Made by a program: the position numbers and the translations under genes
Shown here: positions 26,301 to 40,000 of the stretch, piece after piece
Layout: each line of letters starts with the position of its first letter
How positions within the stretch are numbered: position 1 is the stretch's first letter
Notes under the pieces: model-generated
What the model was told of the DNA's origin: nothing
What the model saw: only the letters and a program-made list of their open reading frames with translations
Database searches by the model: none
From: Phaeosaccion multiseriatum
Lineage: Eukaryota > Protista > Ochrophyta, other classes
Direction: 5' to 3'
Assembly (NCBI GenBank): GCA_965112735.1
Contig: OZ218950.1
Span: forward strand, 1,488,001-1,552,000
Length of the DNA stretch: 64,000 bases

Positions 26301-26575
26301 TAAGGTTGGCGCGATCATTGCCCGTCCGGCAGCTGCGCTCCACTCCCATGAGCAACTCCAGGCCTTGGGCGAGCTTGCCATTCTGAGGAGAGGGGAAGGA
26401 GGAGGAGCAGATCGAATTAGGCGAAGATGAGACGAAGATGGTAGGTTTACACACTAGGTACATCCATGTGCATGCTGTCAGCTCCTTCTCCTACCTCTGA
26501 TAGGGTCGTGGCCTCTGGGATTTTGGCATCGACTTCGGCAGTAAAGTCCTGCTTCTCCTCTATCCGCTCCGCCAT
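23325..26575 (-). CDS. RPN5: 26S proteasome lid subunit RPN5/PSMD12, multi-exon
   Basis: LRDITDGKIFLEGERARLT, LQEVHVETYGALDKQEKADFILEQ, RVVQHNIRVVSKYYT, YAKINRPAGRVVF, LVERTCHLINKESMLH. ATG at 26573-26575. Confidence 0.95.
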
Positions 26576-27237
26576 CTTTCACCGCTGGGAGCGCTGCCAC
26601 TGCAGCAGACAAGCAGGCTGGGACTACTGTGAGTGGAGACAAGTACCTGTGGGGTGGGAGAGGTGGGAGTAGGGGGCAAAGAGGGGAGAGGGAGGAGAGG
26701 GAGGGAAGGGGAGGTTACACACAGGGAAGGCTCTACGGACAACGATGGATGCAGGAGAGGCATTGAAAGGAGAAGGACACGCACAAGAAGCAACGCACAA
26801 GCCGGATGAACAGATTTCTGAGCCGCTACTGGCGCTGCCTCCACATCGAGCAGAGAACAAGGAGGAGACGGGTCGGCGAGCAGAGAACAAACGAAGGAGA
26901 AAAAGCTAACACCTCTGCGAAGTCGAACTTTCAAAGAGAGAACAACACAGCTCAGAGGTACTATTCAGAGCGCAGACATCCATAGCGACTTACCTATTCC
27001 TTATGCAAAGTCCCAGCTCTCGCTTTAGGTGTACTACCCGCCGCCCGAGGGGGGCTTGCCGTGGCCCTGTCCTCAGCAATACGTGGATTTAAGTCTCTCC
27101 CCTCTCCAATGAAAATGAAAATGGAAAGGGAGAAAGGGTCCCATTGTCATAAGTGATAAAGCTATAAATGCTATGAACGACCCAAAGAAGGCTTGGGAGT
27201 TCGGAAGTTGTGGTGAATAGAGAGAGCTGAGCTGAAA

Positions 27238-29091
27238 ATGGCAAGCCCGGAGGGGAGGGCTTCCGTCGCGTCGGGAGTCTCAGCCAGAGGAAGCGCAAGT
27301 AGTGCTGCTGCTGCTGCTGCTCCTGCTACAGCCATCGCCCCCCAACACACGCGCTTCGGGGAGGAGGGTTCAGTAGCAGGGGGGGGAGCAGGAGGGGGAG
27401 CAGGAGGGGGAGCAGTAGCAGTAACGACGACCGCGCAGAGCCCCAGCATCGGGCGAGGCAGGACCTTCGGAGGCTCGAATAGGAGGAGTGGCGACCAAGG
27501 TGGCGCTGCTGCTGGTCCTGCTACTGGTAGCCATGGCAGAGGGAGGGGCGGAGGCGGAGGTAGGAGCTCCGACCTTGGCAGAAGTGTAGGGCGTGGCGCC
27601 GCACTTGTGCACGTGAAGCAGGAGCACCATCACCAGGAGAGACGCCACAGTGGCGTTCCTCGTGTGGTGCCAAGCTTTCATCGACGAGACGAACGTGAAC
27701 ATGCAAGTAGGTCACCAGGGGGTACCGGTAGCAATGGGAATAGCCGCACTCCGGAGGCCGGGGGCAGTCGTCAAAGTGAGAGTCTCGGCTTTGGCGACAG
27801 ACAGCACCACCAACACCATAATCATCATCGCAAGAGGCGAAGGTCGGAGGAGGACCTGAATGGAGGACAGACAGAGAGAGGGAAGATTTCTCGTCCTCGA
27901 CCCGTCCCCGCGTTCGCCATGGACCCCACCAGCGCCGCCGCCGCTGCCGCCGCCGCCAGCTCGTACCTCAGCGGTGTCCCCCACCTCCTCTCTGCTCAAG
28001 GTCGAGCTTCGTTGACAAGCGGCGGGAGCGTGGGAGGACAGAGAGCAGCAGCAGCAAGTGGGGCGCATGCACCCACTGCGGCATGTGGAGATGCAGATGC
28101 AGGAATAGGCGGGGGAGGACGAAAAGTAACTACTCCACATCGCGCGTCCCGCTGGGACACCCCTCGAGCAGTGCCATTTTCCTCGTCCTCCGTAGCGGAT
28201 GCTGTCGTGCCCCTCGCCCAGTCATGGCAGGGCTCGCCTGGTCAGGGAAAGCCTCCTTCTCGCTCGAGCACCTTTCCGCCTTCATCTACGGCACCAGCAG
28301 CAGCAGCAGCGGCACAAGGGGTCCTGCAGCTGCAGCAGCAGCAGCAGCAGCAGCAGCGGCAGCAGCACCAACAGCAGCAGCAGCAGCAGGAGGAGGAGAA
28401 GGAGGAGCATGCTGTACAAAGTAGTTCAAAAGGCAGCAATGGCAATAGAAATGGGGGGGGTACTGGGGGGGACACCGACAGCCATTGCGACCACCAAGAC
28501 CGCTCGGCGCGGCACAAGCACAAAGCCGCGCTAGAGAGGCGCTTAGTGGACCTCGCACGCAAGAAAGAGAGCGCTTCCAAGGCCCTGGCAGTGCTGGAGG
28601 CACAACTCGCGCAGAAGAAATTCGAGGTGGCGGATGCGGCCGTGGAGATGAGCAGCTATGAGAGGAGGTTACGGCTGTGGGAGGAGCACGGTGGTGGACA
28701 TGATGGAGGGGCGGGGCAGAGGCATGGTGAAGAGAGGAGTAGCAGCAGGAGTCGGAGCGTCAGTGGGGGTGGCAGTAGTAGCCGTAGGAGGAATGGGCAC
28801 GGGCAAGGGCAGCGAGGAGGTGAGGGTGGGAGTGGGGGTGGGAGTGGGGGTGGAGGTGGTTGGGAGGGGAAGGATGGGGGGAGCTCGAATCATTGTGGGG
28901 GGGGGGTGGCCAGTAGCAGTGTGAAGGTGCAATCCAGCAGCAGTGATGGTGATGACGCTGAGGAAGAAGGAGGAGCAGGAGGAGGAGGGCGTCAGAAGAG
29001 CGGGAAGAAGAGGAGCGGACGAGAGGACGACGAGGCGGATACGGATGCAAGGGGTGGGGCCGAGAAGAAGAGCCGGAAGAAGAAAAGGAAA

Positions 29092-29124
<33 letters not shown>

Positions 29125-32100
29125 GAAGAGGAGGAGGTGGAGATTAAGAGGAAGAGAAAGAGGAAGAAGAGGAAGAAGGAGAAGAAGCAGAAGAAGAAAG
29201 GCGAAGGAGGCAGCAGCAGCGGTAGCAGCAGCAGCGAGGAAGAAATCTCCTCGGTGGACGCGGCTCGGAAAGCGAAGAAACGCGCCAAGTCGGCAAAGAA
29301 GAATAAGCACAAAGCGAAGGAGGAAGAGGGCGACAGTGGCAGCAGTGGGGAAGAAGATGGAGAAGCCCGATCCCCTGTCAGGAAGGCTCCAAGGGGGGGG
29401 GGGAAGGAGGAGAAGGAAAGAGGCAAGAATAGGGTAGCAGAGGTGGTGATTAGCGACGGTGAGGACGAAGCGACGACAGCCAAAGAGACCAAAGGGTCTA
29501 AGAAGCGCAAGAGGAAAGAGGAGGAGAGGGCGAGACAGGAGAGTGAGGAGAAGGCGCAGAGAGAGCGAGAGCGTGAGCGGCAGGAGTGGAAGGACCGAAA
29601 GAAGAAGAAGAAGAAGGAAAGGAAGGAGGAGGAGAAGAGGAAAAGGAAGAGGGAGGAAGCGGGTGAAGCGGATGAGGCGCTGCTGCAGGGAGGGGGGGGG
29701 GGGATGAGAGCCGTTACCATCAAGCAAGAGTTCACCGCCGAATCAATTGCTGCAACAACGGCGGCCACAGCGGCGGCAGCGTCCACAGTGCGGGCCCGAG
29801 CTGGAGCGGGCACCATCATCACTGAAGCAGGAAGAGCTACAGCTGGTGATACAGCAGCAGCAGTAGCAGCAGCAGCAGCAGAGGCCGGGAGAGCGGGAGG
29901 AGGGGCCGCTGCCAGAGGCAGTAATAGTACCGCTGACAAGGAAGGGTGGGAATGCAAAGTCGAGACTATGAAGATGAAGAGACAGTGCAAGTGGCTGACG
30001 TTTCGACCTGCACATGATGACGACTTCCTCATCTCCAGGTAAAGAAAATGAGTGTCATTGGGTCAACAACATGGTGACGTGCAGGCGTTGGGAGGGAGGG
30101 GAGGGAGGGAGGGAGGGAGGGAGGGAGGGGAGGGGGGGCTTCTACGAAGAGACGTTGGCGTGTTGGTCATTTAGTGCATTGTTGTTGTCAGGGGAGAGAA
30201 AGTCAGCGCGGCGCTCGTCGAGTCACTTTCGTGGTTGTGACTCTCTCTCCCTCAGTCATTCAGTAAGTCAGTCAGTCAGTCAGTCAGTCAGTCGGTCAAA
30301 TCAGAGCCCCCTCCGACCCGTCCTCTCTCCCCCCCTCCCCTGCCTCACCCTCCCTCCACAGCGACGACGGCACCCTGCAGATGTGGAAGTACAGCGTCGT
30401 CGACAAGACTGCCCGCCTCGCCCTCAAGCTGCCCAACGCCATAGACCTACAGGATCAGCCCCGCCGCCTCTCCGTTGAACCCGTCTTCAACCAGGTGAGT
30501 AAGTCAGTGGATGGGTGGGTGAGTGTCAGGGCAGTAGGTGGGCAGTAAGTCAATGGGCGGGTGGGTGGGTGTCTTTTAACACAACGTATCATGACTCCCT
30601 CCCCTCCTCCCCCTCCTCCTCCTCCTTCTTCTTCTTCTTCTTCTTCTTCTTCTTCTTCTTCTTCTTCTTCTTCTTCTCCTCCTCCTCCTCCTCCCCCCTC
30701 CTCCTCTCCCCCCCTCCCCCCCTCCCCCCCAGTTGGGCGAGCACCTGGCCGTTGGTCATGCTGTGAAGGACTCATCCAGCAAGACCGTCGTGTCTCTGTT
30801 TGACATTAACAACAAACGGACAGATGTGCGCACAGACATGCATGCCAAAGGTACGTCGGTGGAGATGGTGTATCTCTCTCTGCCCTCTTATCTTTCTGCC
30901 TGTATTACCTGCCTATCTGTCTATCCATCTGTCTATCCATTCACCTATCTTTCTCTCTGTCTATCTATCCACCTATCTGTCTCTCTCTAACTATACGCAC
31001 CTATCCATCCATCCATCCATCTGCCTATCTATGTATCTATCCATCAACCTACATATCCATCCATCTCCCCTTCTATCCACTGTCTCTATCTCTCTACCCA
31101 TCTATCTATCTATCTATCTATCTATCTATTTGTCTGTCTATCTATCGCTCTTTCTATCTATCTATCCTCTGTCTTCCACCAACTCATCTTCTCTCCCTAG
31201 TCTCTCTGTGTCAGCCTAGCCTGGCACCAGCCCAGTGACGATGAAACTGAAATTACCAAGATCTGATCCGAACTGAACACGTGTCGATTCTTTTCACAAA
31301 TACCTGACGGGCTACATCTATCCATCCATCTACCTATCTGTATACCCATCTATGTGTACCTGACGGGCTTACGCATACGCGTTTCAGCGCGTACCTACTC
31401 AACTGTGCTTCACTCACACACTCTCTGACTGCCCTCCTCCTCCTCCTCCTCCTCCTCCTCCTCGTCGTCGTCGTCGTCGTATTCCCCTTCCCCTCCCCCT
31501 CCCCTCCTCCACTCCCTCCCCAACCACGACACCCCCCTCACTCAACAGGTCTCAGTGCTGTGGCGTGGGTCCCCTCTGCGAACCCCAAGTCCCATCACCT
31601 CATCACGGCAGGAGCAGACACGGACCACTCCGTTGTCATTTGGGCCCACGTGTACAGGAAGAGCGCAATGGTGAGTTAACGACGTGTTAACGAGGGGGGG
31701 GGGGATCTTGCTAGGGCCTGACCTGATACTATACTTATACTTGGACCTCTCCCGAAGTGATGCAAAGGACCCTTCACTCTCTGCTCAGAACGAGTGCCCC
31801 CGAAGGCTGGCCGACTGACTGACTGACTGACTGACTTCCTCCCCTCACCTCCTCCCTCCTCGTCTCTCCTCTCCTCTCCTCCCTCCTCTTCCCTCCTCCT
31901 TCCCCTCCCCTCTCCTCCCTCCTCTTCCCTCCTCCTTCCCCTCCCCTCTCCTCCCTCCCCTCTCCTCCCTCCTCTCCCCTCCCTCCCCCCCCCCCCCCTC
32001 TGCCCTCCCCTGACTCACAGCAGTGCGAGGTGGTGCACCAGTCGCACTCTGCCTCCATCATGTGCATGCACGTCACCCCCACTTTGCCGCACGTCATCAC

Positions 32101-33723
32101 GGGAGGCATGGACGGGCGGCTCATCTCCTTCTCCATTGAGGCCGAGCAGGTGAGTGTGAAGTAAGAGGGAGAGGGAGAAAGAGATAGAGATACAACAAGA
32201 GGGGGAGGGAGAGATGGAGATGGAGAGAGAGAGAGACGGACGGCTCTTATCTCCTTCTCCAGAGAGAGAGGCCGTGAAGGTAAGATAAGAGTGTGTGTAG
32301 TAGGAGGCACGCAGGGGCGGGGCTACGCCACTCACACACAAAGAAGGAAGGGTTTGCGGCAGGTTTGGCAGGCTTTGCAGATATGAAAATCGAAAGCAAG
32401 CAAAGCAAGTCAATGATCAGGATGATGACACCGAAACGAATTTACTCGAATTTTGTCTGTTTTTGACAGACAAGTGGGAGTTAATGTATTAGTACTGTCT
32501 GACTGTGACTGTGAGAGGGGCTGCTTTTCGTGCGGCTCGACTCTGCGGGGGCGGGGCACCCCTCCGCTGCTCTGCCGCTGCTGCTCCTTGCCGCGATGGG
32601 ATTTCCGTTGAAGGATGAGTAGTTGTATGCTGAAGCTGAAGCTGCTTCCCACGACGCCGTCCCTCTCTTCCTCCTCCCCCAGCCCTCCCCCAATATACTG
32701 ACAACCACTGCTGCCCAATGCCGTACGTACCTGTACCTTCCTTCCTTCCTTCCTTCCGTCCTTCCTCCCTTCCCTCCTTCCTTCCTTCCTTCCTTCCTTC
32801 CTTCCTTCCCTCCTTCCCCCCACCCCCATCTCTCCTCTCTCCCTCTCTCTCTTTCCGCCCCGTATACGTGAACTTGAACTTTTGCACTTGGACTTGGACT
32901 TGCACTTGCACTTGCACTTGCACTTACACAGGAGGCTTGGCGGCTGGAGATGCGGCAAAAGGGCTGTCCTTCCAAGCGCTTCAACGCTGTCAGGCCCCTC
33001 CCCAACAACCCCAACCTGTTCCTCGCCAGCACCACCGAGACGAACCACCACTGCTTCTTCGTCGTGGATAGGGTGAGTGAGTGAGTGCTTGCGTGCGTGC
33101 GTGAGGGAGTGAATGAGTGAGTGAGTGAGTGAGTGAGTGTGTTATGAAGATGCTCCAGAAGCCGTTTGCTCGTGTAGCCTGATGTATTACTCCCCTCTCC
33201 GGTGTGATTGATTGAGCGGGCCGTGGTCTGCTGCTGCTGTGTGTGCGTACATGTGCGTCCGGCGTCTCTGCTATCGTCGACGCGTCCCTCCCTCCCTTCC
33301 TTCCTTTCTTCCTCCCTTCCTCCCTTCCTTCGCTCCTTCCCTCCTTCCTTCCTTCCTTCCTTCCTTCCTTCCTTCCTTCCTTCCTTCCTTCCTTCCTTCC
33401 TTCCTTCCTTCCGTCCTTCCTTCCGTCCTTCCGTCCTTCACTGCTGCTGCCTCTGCTGTACTATGTCTGTGCCGTGTGACAGAGAGACCCGCGGAAGGCC
33501 TCTCGTGACTTACAGTGGGAATGGACAAGGCACGACAACACCAAGTCCTTCAGGTAACGGGGGTGGTCGGAAGAAAGGAAGGAAGGAACAAGGGGTATCT
33601 GAAGGGGTGTGGACGGAAGGATGGAAGAGACTCTGAATCACCTCTCTCATCTCCCTCTCGCCGCCCTCCTCTCTCTCCCGCTCTGTGTGTATGCGTGTTT
33701 ATACATCCCTCCTCCTCCTCCTC

Positions 33724-33757
<34 letters not shown>

Positions 33758-34003
33758 TGCGCGCTCAGCCGCTTCGTGGTGCCCAAGGTGTCCCCCTGCT
33801 CGCAATACTTCAGCTGTGGCTCCGACATTGGCCTCAACATTTGGGACTTTCGGAGCAACAAAGAGTCCACGCCGGTGCGATCGTTTGTCACGCGGAGTAA
33901 GACCCTCCACGGCACTTGGCACCCTCAGAGCGACGCGAAGACCATCTTTGCGCTGAATGCACCGGAGAAGAGCTTCGGCCTAATGCATTACAGGGGCTGG
34001 TGA
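27238..34003 (+). CDS. WD40-repeat protein with ~900-aa low-complexity, coiled-coil and Lys-rich N-terminus, ~8 exons
   Basis: WD repeats across spliced exons: [74 protein letters not shown]. Stop at 34001-34003. Confidence 0.75.
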
Positions 34004-34468
34004 AAGAGGAGGGAATTCGAGAAAGGCTGTCTTCTGGGGAGAGGGGGAGGGAGGGCGGAGGAGTAACACACCAGACCTCCCTTTGCCCTTCGCATTCGCC
34101 ACAGCGGGTGGCAGCGTTTGCATTTGGGCCGCTCTTTGGAGACAGGGGGGACTAGAGATCGAAGGAGCGCGAGAAAGGGGAGTGAGCAAGTGTGCCGCTT
34201 GCTATATCACCAAGTGCTGCTGCTGCCGCTACTGCTGCTGCTGCTGCTGCTCTACGGTGTCCCCTCCTCGAGAGGGCTTGTCAAAATCGTCAACAGATAC
34301 GATACTATTCTCAAATTTGGATTCCCGTCACGTATATTTGGGTGCGTGTTTTTTTTTACAATGTGTGGCTGCTCCTATCAACCCCGAAAAAAACCCTCCA
34401 GCTTCGGTTTCATCCCCCCCCCCCCCACCCTCCCTTCCCACCTCCGGCCCGCCAGCACTCTTCCTCTG

Positions 34469-34691
34469 TCACCGGCTCTGGGCCTCCTCTGTCGGCTGGG
34501 CTTCATCGTCGTCCCTGCTGGCACAGAGCTCGATGTCGCTGCACAGCTTGTGGGCGAGCTTGGGTTGTCCGCACTGCGAGACCCACACACATGGGGAAGC
34601 AGGGGCGGGATGCGGGTGTGTGTTTGTAAGACGGGCAGGCAAAAGATGCGAGATGTGAGGTGCCTTAGAACTCCACCTCTAACAAACACTC

Positions 34692-34757
<66 letters not shown>

Positions 34758-35346
34758 CTTTTTGCACATTGTAAAGTTCGTGATCTTCTTGGGCCACTTT
34801 CCGCTCATTCTCATCCGTTTAACGGAACGTGTCACCTTGGAGCGGATCATCGCAACAGCAACACAGAAGCATTAGACGCAACCCAAAAACCTGCACTCAG
34901 CTATCGAAAAAAATTGTTTGATGAGTCCTTTCCCCTCTCTTCCCATTGCGTGCACTCTCCTTCTGTGATTACATAATATAAATCGACCACTCAAACGCGT
35001 TTCTATCCTGAGCCAACCTTCTTCCTCTTCCCTCACTCACCTTGGATTTCGGGACGGCCAGCATGATTGCTTCCCCCCACTCCCCCCATCGGTCGTCGCC
35101 TGCATCTACTTCGGCATTCTCAAGGTCTATTCCATGTCCGCCGACTCCTGCTAACTGCAGCTGCGGTCCCCCGTAGTGTGTGGGGCCGCTGCCCTCATCC
35201 CCCCCGGCTGGCGATAGGCCGTCCAACCACCGCCACAATTCCCTGGCTGGCGCCTGTACCACTGCCAAATTCGCGCCTACCACGCCCTCCGCAATAACCT
35301 TAAGCTTATGCCCAGACACCGCCAGACGATGAAGAAGCGGTGGCAT
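34469..35346 (-). CDS. MRPL32: Mitochondrial ribosomal protein bL32m with long presequence, 3 exons
   Basis: Exons 35346-35041, 34835-34758 and 34573-34469 splice to ...MLAVPKSKVTRSVKRMRMSGKWPKKITNFTMCKKCGQPKLAHKLC..., the L32 signature (AVPK.K, CxxC, HxxC). It is not visible as one ORF in the track. Confidence 0.88.
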
Positions 35347-35487
35347 GCTTGGCAGTCAAACACGGCCGGGGGGGAAGGAAAGGAAGGGCGGCCGTCTGCT
35401 GCCATCCAATTCGTGACTTACTTGGAAGGGCTCGGGGCGCCACTCAGCACAAAGTCTTTTGCTTTTGCTTTCCTCCTCAGCGCTCTC

Positions 35488-37129
35488 ATGAAGTCCGCCG
35501 GAGTCTTCACTGTAGCAGCAGCAGTGTGTGCGACGCAATGTGCGGGTTTCCTTGTGCCTCAGCCAATGTCGGCACTCACATCATGTAGGAGAAGCAGGTC
35601 CTCAGCACGGACAGTAATGAGCATGGTAAGGGAGAGCATCTGCGGAGACGAGTACCAAAAGAGTTTCTTCCTTCTCCTTCTCCTCTCCGCTCTCCGCTAT
35701 CCTCCTCCTTCTCATTCTCGTCTTCGTCCTCCTCTTCCTTCTCCTTTCTTCTTCCATCGTCCCCACTCCCTCTCGTAGTTGTTGCACCACTCTTCAGCGT
35801 GGGTGGGATGCGTTTTACTTACTCCATACGACTTCCTCCCCTTCTGTACCACTCCCTCCCCCCTCCCCGTGTTCCCTTCCCGTCTCTCGATGAGACAGGC
35901 CCCTCCCGCAGACAAGACAGGCTTGCACGGGACACAGTCGCGCTTCATGCCCATTGTGCAGATCGACGAAGACGAGCATATGCCGCAAAACATTGCCATC
36001 GCTGGGGAATACCCGGGAATCACCGCCGAGGAGCTTAAGGCAACACCTTTCTCCACAGAAGCACCAGAAGAAGGCTCATGGCAGTACGATTTCACAGATG
36101 CGGAAGGCCCGCAAGTGAGTCCCGCCTGTCAATCAGTAGGTTGATGCAGCAGGGGGAAACCCTCGCGCCCTGCGCTCGAGGCTCCAAACGTTGATTCTCT
36201 GATGGTACACAGCTGACACTTGTCCCTTGGCACAGCCCCGGCCTGCTCATACAGTCTCTGCCCCACCCTATCCTATCTCTATGCGTCCTCCTTCCCTCCC
36301 TCTCTCCCTCCTCCTTCTTTCTGACGGCTCTGCTCGGCTCCACATGCTTGCCTCTTGCGTATCCTCTTTCTCTCGTATCGCCCCTCCCTCCCCTCTCAGC
36401 TCGGTACCGTGGCGCTGCCCGGCTCAGACCTGTTGGCAGCGATGGCGGACCCAGTAATTGTGGTGGCGAATAGTATGCAGCTCAATATCGAACTGGCCGA
36501 AAACGATGTACGTGCTTATGGGGAAACAAAACTTGTTGTCGGATGCTGGGAATGCTGGAGTGGTTTGAGCTGATAGGGTATTGAGGGATGGTCGCCCCTT
36601 CCTTCATACCTGTACTGAGAAGAAAGAGAGTTTTCTCCACCAGACTTACGCACTGTCTCTGGCTCCTCCCCCTCCTCCTCCCCCTCCTCCTCTTCGCTCT
36701 CCTCCTCCTCCTCCTCCTCCTCCTCCTCCTCCTCCTCCTCCTCCTCCTCCTCCTCTTCCTCCTCTTCGTCCTCCTCCTCCTCCTCCTCCTCCTCCTCCTC
36801 CTCCTCTTCCTCCTTCTCCTCCTCCTCCTCCTCCTCCATCACCACCATCACCAACCAACCACCGCCTCTTTCACCCCCTCCCCCCCCCCCCCCCACATAC
36901 ACAGCAAACGGAGGTGCTGCTAGTGGTGGACAGAGGAGACACAAGGGAGGACTTAGGAAAGTTCTTTGTGTGGCAGAACCCGGAGGGTGAGGTGGTGGTG
37001 AGGTACTTCCTAGAGCAGCCAGGGGCAGGCTGGACCATCTTGGGGAGGGTTGGGCAGGTGATGATGCCATGGTTGGCGTCAATGGGGAAACAGACGTCAG
37101 GTTTCGCAGAGGAGAGCGAGTCTTACTAA
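35488..37129 (+). CDS. Uncharacterised protein with bipartite plastid-targeting sequence, 4 exons
   Basis: Signal peptide MKSAGVFTVAAAVCATQCAG followed by FLVP (ASAFAP-type Phe at +1) and a Ser/Arg-rich transit peptide. Clean GT-AG exons give ...SRFMPIVQ...AGEYPGIT...GSWQYDFTDAEGPQLGTVALPGS...EVLLVVDR... Confidence 0.75.
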
Positions 37130-38631
37130 AGGGGGGGGGTCATTGTTAGAGGAGGAGGAGGAGGAGGAGGAGGAGGAGGAGGAAGAAGAAGATAGTGATG
37201 AAGAGGAGGAGGAGAAACGGGAGGAGGAGGAAACTGGAGAAAGACAAGAGCAGCAGGGTGAACACATACACAAGAGGGGAGGGTGTAGATTACGTACCGT
37301 GTAGCTCTGTCGCCGTCCGCCCCTCCTTGAAACAAGGCCCTTTATCGCTCTAAAGACGAAACGATAGGGTCCGACTCATGAGGAGATGGAGGACGAGGAC
37401 GAGGACGAGGCGGGATCCTCCGGTGGCTGGAAGCTTACTTACTGGACTTGATTACTCCTTTGGTAGGGAGGGCTTGGTTCATTCAGCGCTTCAGAGTACG
37501 GCTGTGGCTTGGACCTGATGTGTGGTCGATACTTAATTTTAATTTGCTTTGCTTCGCTTCGTCTGTTAATCATACTTCACAGTGCTACTCTGTTGATACT
37601 TGGTCTTGGACCTCCTCTCTGTCTGCGAGTCTTGATGGTCTGAGAGGCGAGAGTGCTGTGAGCGAAGCGAAAGCTCCACAACGCAGTCAGTCAATGCTAT
37701 CGGGAGGTAGGCGGGCAAGCAAGGAGTGGGGGGGGGGGGGGGCTTCAGTAGAAAACCCTTGCGGCGAGTGGGCTGCTCGGCGCCGGCGTGCTCCCTTCCC
37801 CTCCCTCCCTCGCAACGATGACGCCTGCCTGCCCCACGTCCTTGTTTCTCCCTCTCTCGCAGCGGCTGTTGCCGTCGAGCCCTCCCTCCCTCCCCCCGCC
37901 CTACCCGTTGCTTCTTTTCTCGCTGACCAGCACCGCCAGACGAAGCACAAAAGCCGCTGCTCCACTGGTAAGCAAGCAAGCTCGTAAGCAAGAACCCTTT
38001 TTTCTCGACCAGGGCGGAAGAGCGGCATCGGAGTCACTCGCTCATCGCGCTGAAGATGAGGAGGAGGAGGCAACCCCATGACGTTGGCGTCCTCTACCCG
38101 CTCTTCCCTCCCTCTCCCCCCCCCCCAAATGCACGGAGACTCTCACGCAGTAGTGCAGTAGCGCACATCCTCGGTGCGGTTCTCGGCTCTTGGGCGCTGT
38201 ACAAAGCCTCCAAGGCCTCCAGTGTCACATGACGAGGCTTCAAGTACCCTTGCTCTCCACCCACCAGAGCCGTCTCTACTCACGTTGCCCGCTTCGAACA
38301 CTCAAGGCCGTGCTCGGCAGGGGGGGCAGGGGCGGCAAGCTTCTCCATGCTAAAGTCACTGAGCCTCTCCCTCCACAATCGCCAAAGGCCCACCGCGTCC
38401 TCTCGCGAATGAAGGGAGGGGCGGCAGGTTTCCGTTTCTGTGCTCAGGCCCAGGCGGGCGATGGGCACCCCTCCTCTCCACAAAAGATGAATGCGACCAC
38501 CACCGCCGCGCCACCCGCCACCTCCGCCACGGAGAGTGTGTTGTTGCCTCACCGGGCTCAGACACACACAGAGAGAGAGAGAGAGAACAGAGGCGGCAAG
38601 AGAATAGAACGAGGACGACGAAGGAAGCCCT

Positions 38632-39860
38632 CTACAGCTCGCACACCTCGTAGCGGAATTCCTCGAGCTGCTCATTGATCTGCTCCACCACCCCTCCGAT
38701 CTGCAGTCTCAGCTGCGCCACCTCCGCACCCATGAGCAGGTCAACAGTGCTTCCGTCCTGCTCGCCGCCACCGCCGCCGCCGCTGCTGCTGCTGCTGCTG
38801 CTGCTGCTCTCGGTTGCTGTGGTGGGAGACATTCGCTGGTGTCTCCGAATGGTCTCCAGGTGCAGAGCAGTGCTAAGGAGCAGCTTTCGTTCCTCCAGCT
38901 TTTGTACTCTGTTGTGTGTGCATCGGGGCCCAAGAGGGGGCTTTGATTAGAGAGGGAGCTGGTGCGCCGGCTGAGGAGCTTTAGCAGCCTAGGGCTGGGG
39001 TAAAGGCGGGTAAAGGCTAGTCGCTCTTCCCACGGCATCACGTCATTCGAATCACCGTTCTCAAGCGACACTCTCAGTGACTTACTTGGTGACAATGTCG
39101 GCCATGGCCGTGCGTCCGTGCGTGTCACGGAGGGTGTCTCTGATCGCATTGATGGAGTCACTTAGTGCCGCAAACGCAGCCGTGGTCTCGCCGCAAAGGG
39201 CGGCATATCCCGCCATCCCCCCCAATCCACTGTTCTCCCCCCCTTGTCCTCCTCCACTCCCCCCCTCCTCCTCATCCTGCTCGCCACGAACGGGCGGGGA
39301 GAGCAGGAGGCCCAGGCCTTCGTCGAAGTTACGATACGCGATGACCCGCCCCTCTTGCGCTGCACTGAAGGCCTTGGCGACTTCGGCCGCCGTCAGAGAT
39401 TGGAGTGCCTCTCGCAGCTTGCGCCGTTGCTCTTCCTGTCGCTGCTGCTGCTCCTCCTCCTGCTGCCGTCGCTGCTTTTCATCATGTAGGGAATCCTCAT
39501 CCCCACTCACTTCTCTCCCTCCAATCTCATGTCTTTGCTCGTCCGTTGGCTGTGCAGGGGGTTCGGCGGCTGGGGCCACGTTGGTCCCGGCACTGAGATC
39601 AATCACCTGCCCCTCAGGCGCTACCCAAGTGCAGAGAGTCAGAAAGAGGATAATATCGCAGTTCGAGGGAGGAGAATGCAGTCGAGTGAGCGGGACAGAG
39701 GTCAGGGGTACGGCACGGGTGATGTGATGGTCTACGGAAATCTCGATCTTGACTCACTTGCGTCAAGGGTCTGGCCTCCAGCGCTGCCGTGGTCGTCTCC
39801 CAAGTCGCACGCACAGGGCTTCCTGGCACTGAGAGCCTTCAGAGCATCTCCAACCTCCAT
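38632..39860 (-). CDS. REX1BD: REX1-B (required for excision 1-B, C19orf60-like) domain protein, 3 exons
   Basis: Exons 39860-39758, 39620-39086 and 38908-38632. Motifs FSAAQEGRVIAYRNFDEG, YAALCGETTAAFAALS, VQKLEERKLLLS and VVEQINEQLEEFRYE are typical of REX1-B. Confidence 0.75.
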
Positions 39861-40000
39861 TATCCACAATTTTGGGGAAACCTCGACAGCTCTCGATTGG
39901 TAGGCAGCCAGACGGATGGCACTGGACGGCAGTGTTCCCTTTCCCCCCTCCTTCCTTTTCCCTTTCCCACTCTTTAAGCTGTCTGTACAAAGAGAGAATC

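Noticed and set aside
37448-38600. Several 100-180 aa ORFs between convergent genes
   Set aside because: No protein-like motifs; consistent with 3' UTR or intergenic DNA in a GC-rich genome.
38632-39860. Bicistronic REX1-S/REX1-B arrangement as in Chlamydomonas
   Set aside because: Only 140 bp separate the start codon from the divergent TMEM208 ATG, and no TFB5-like ORF is seen.
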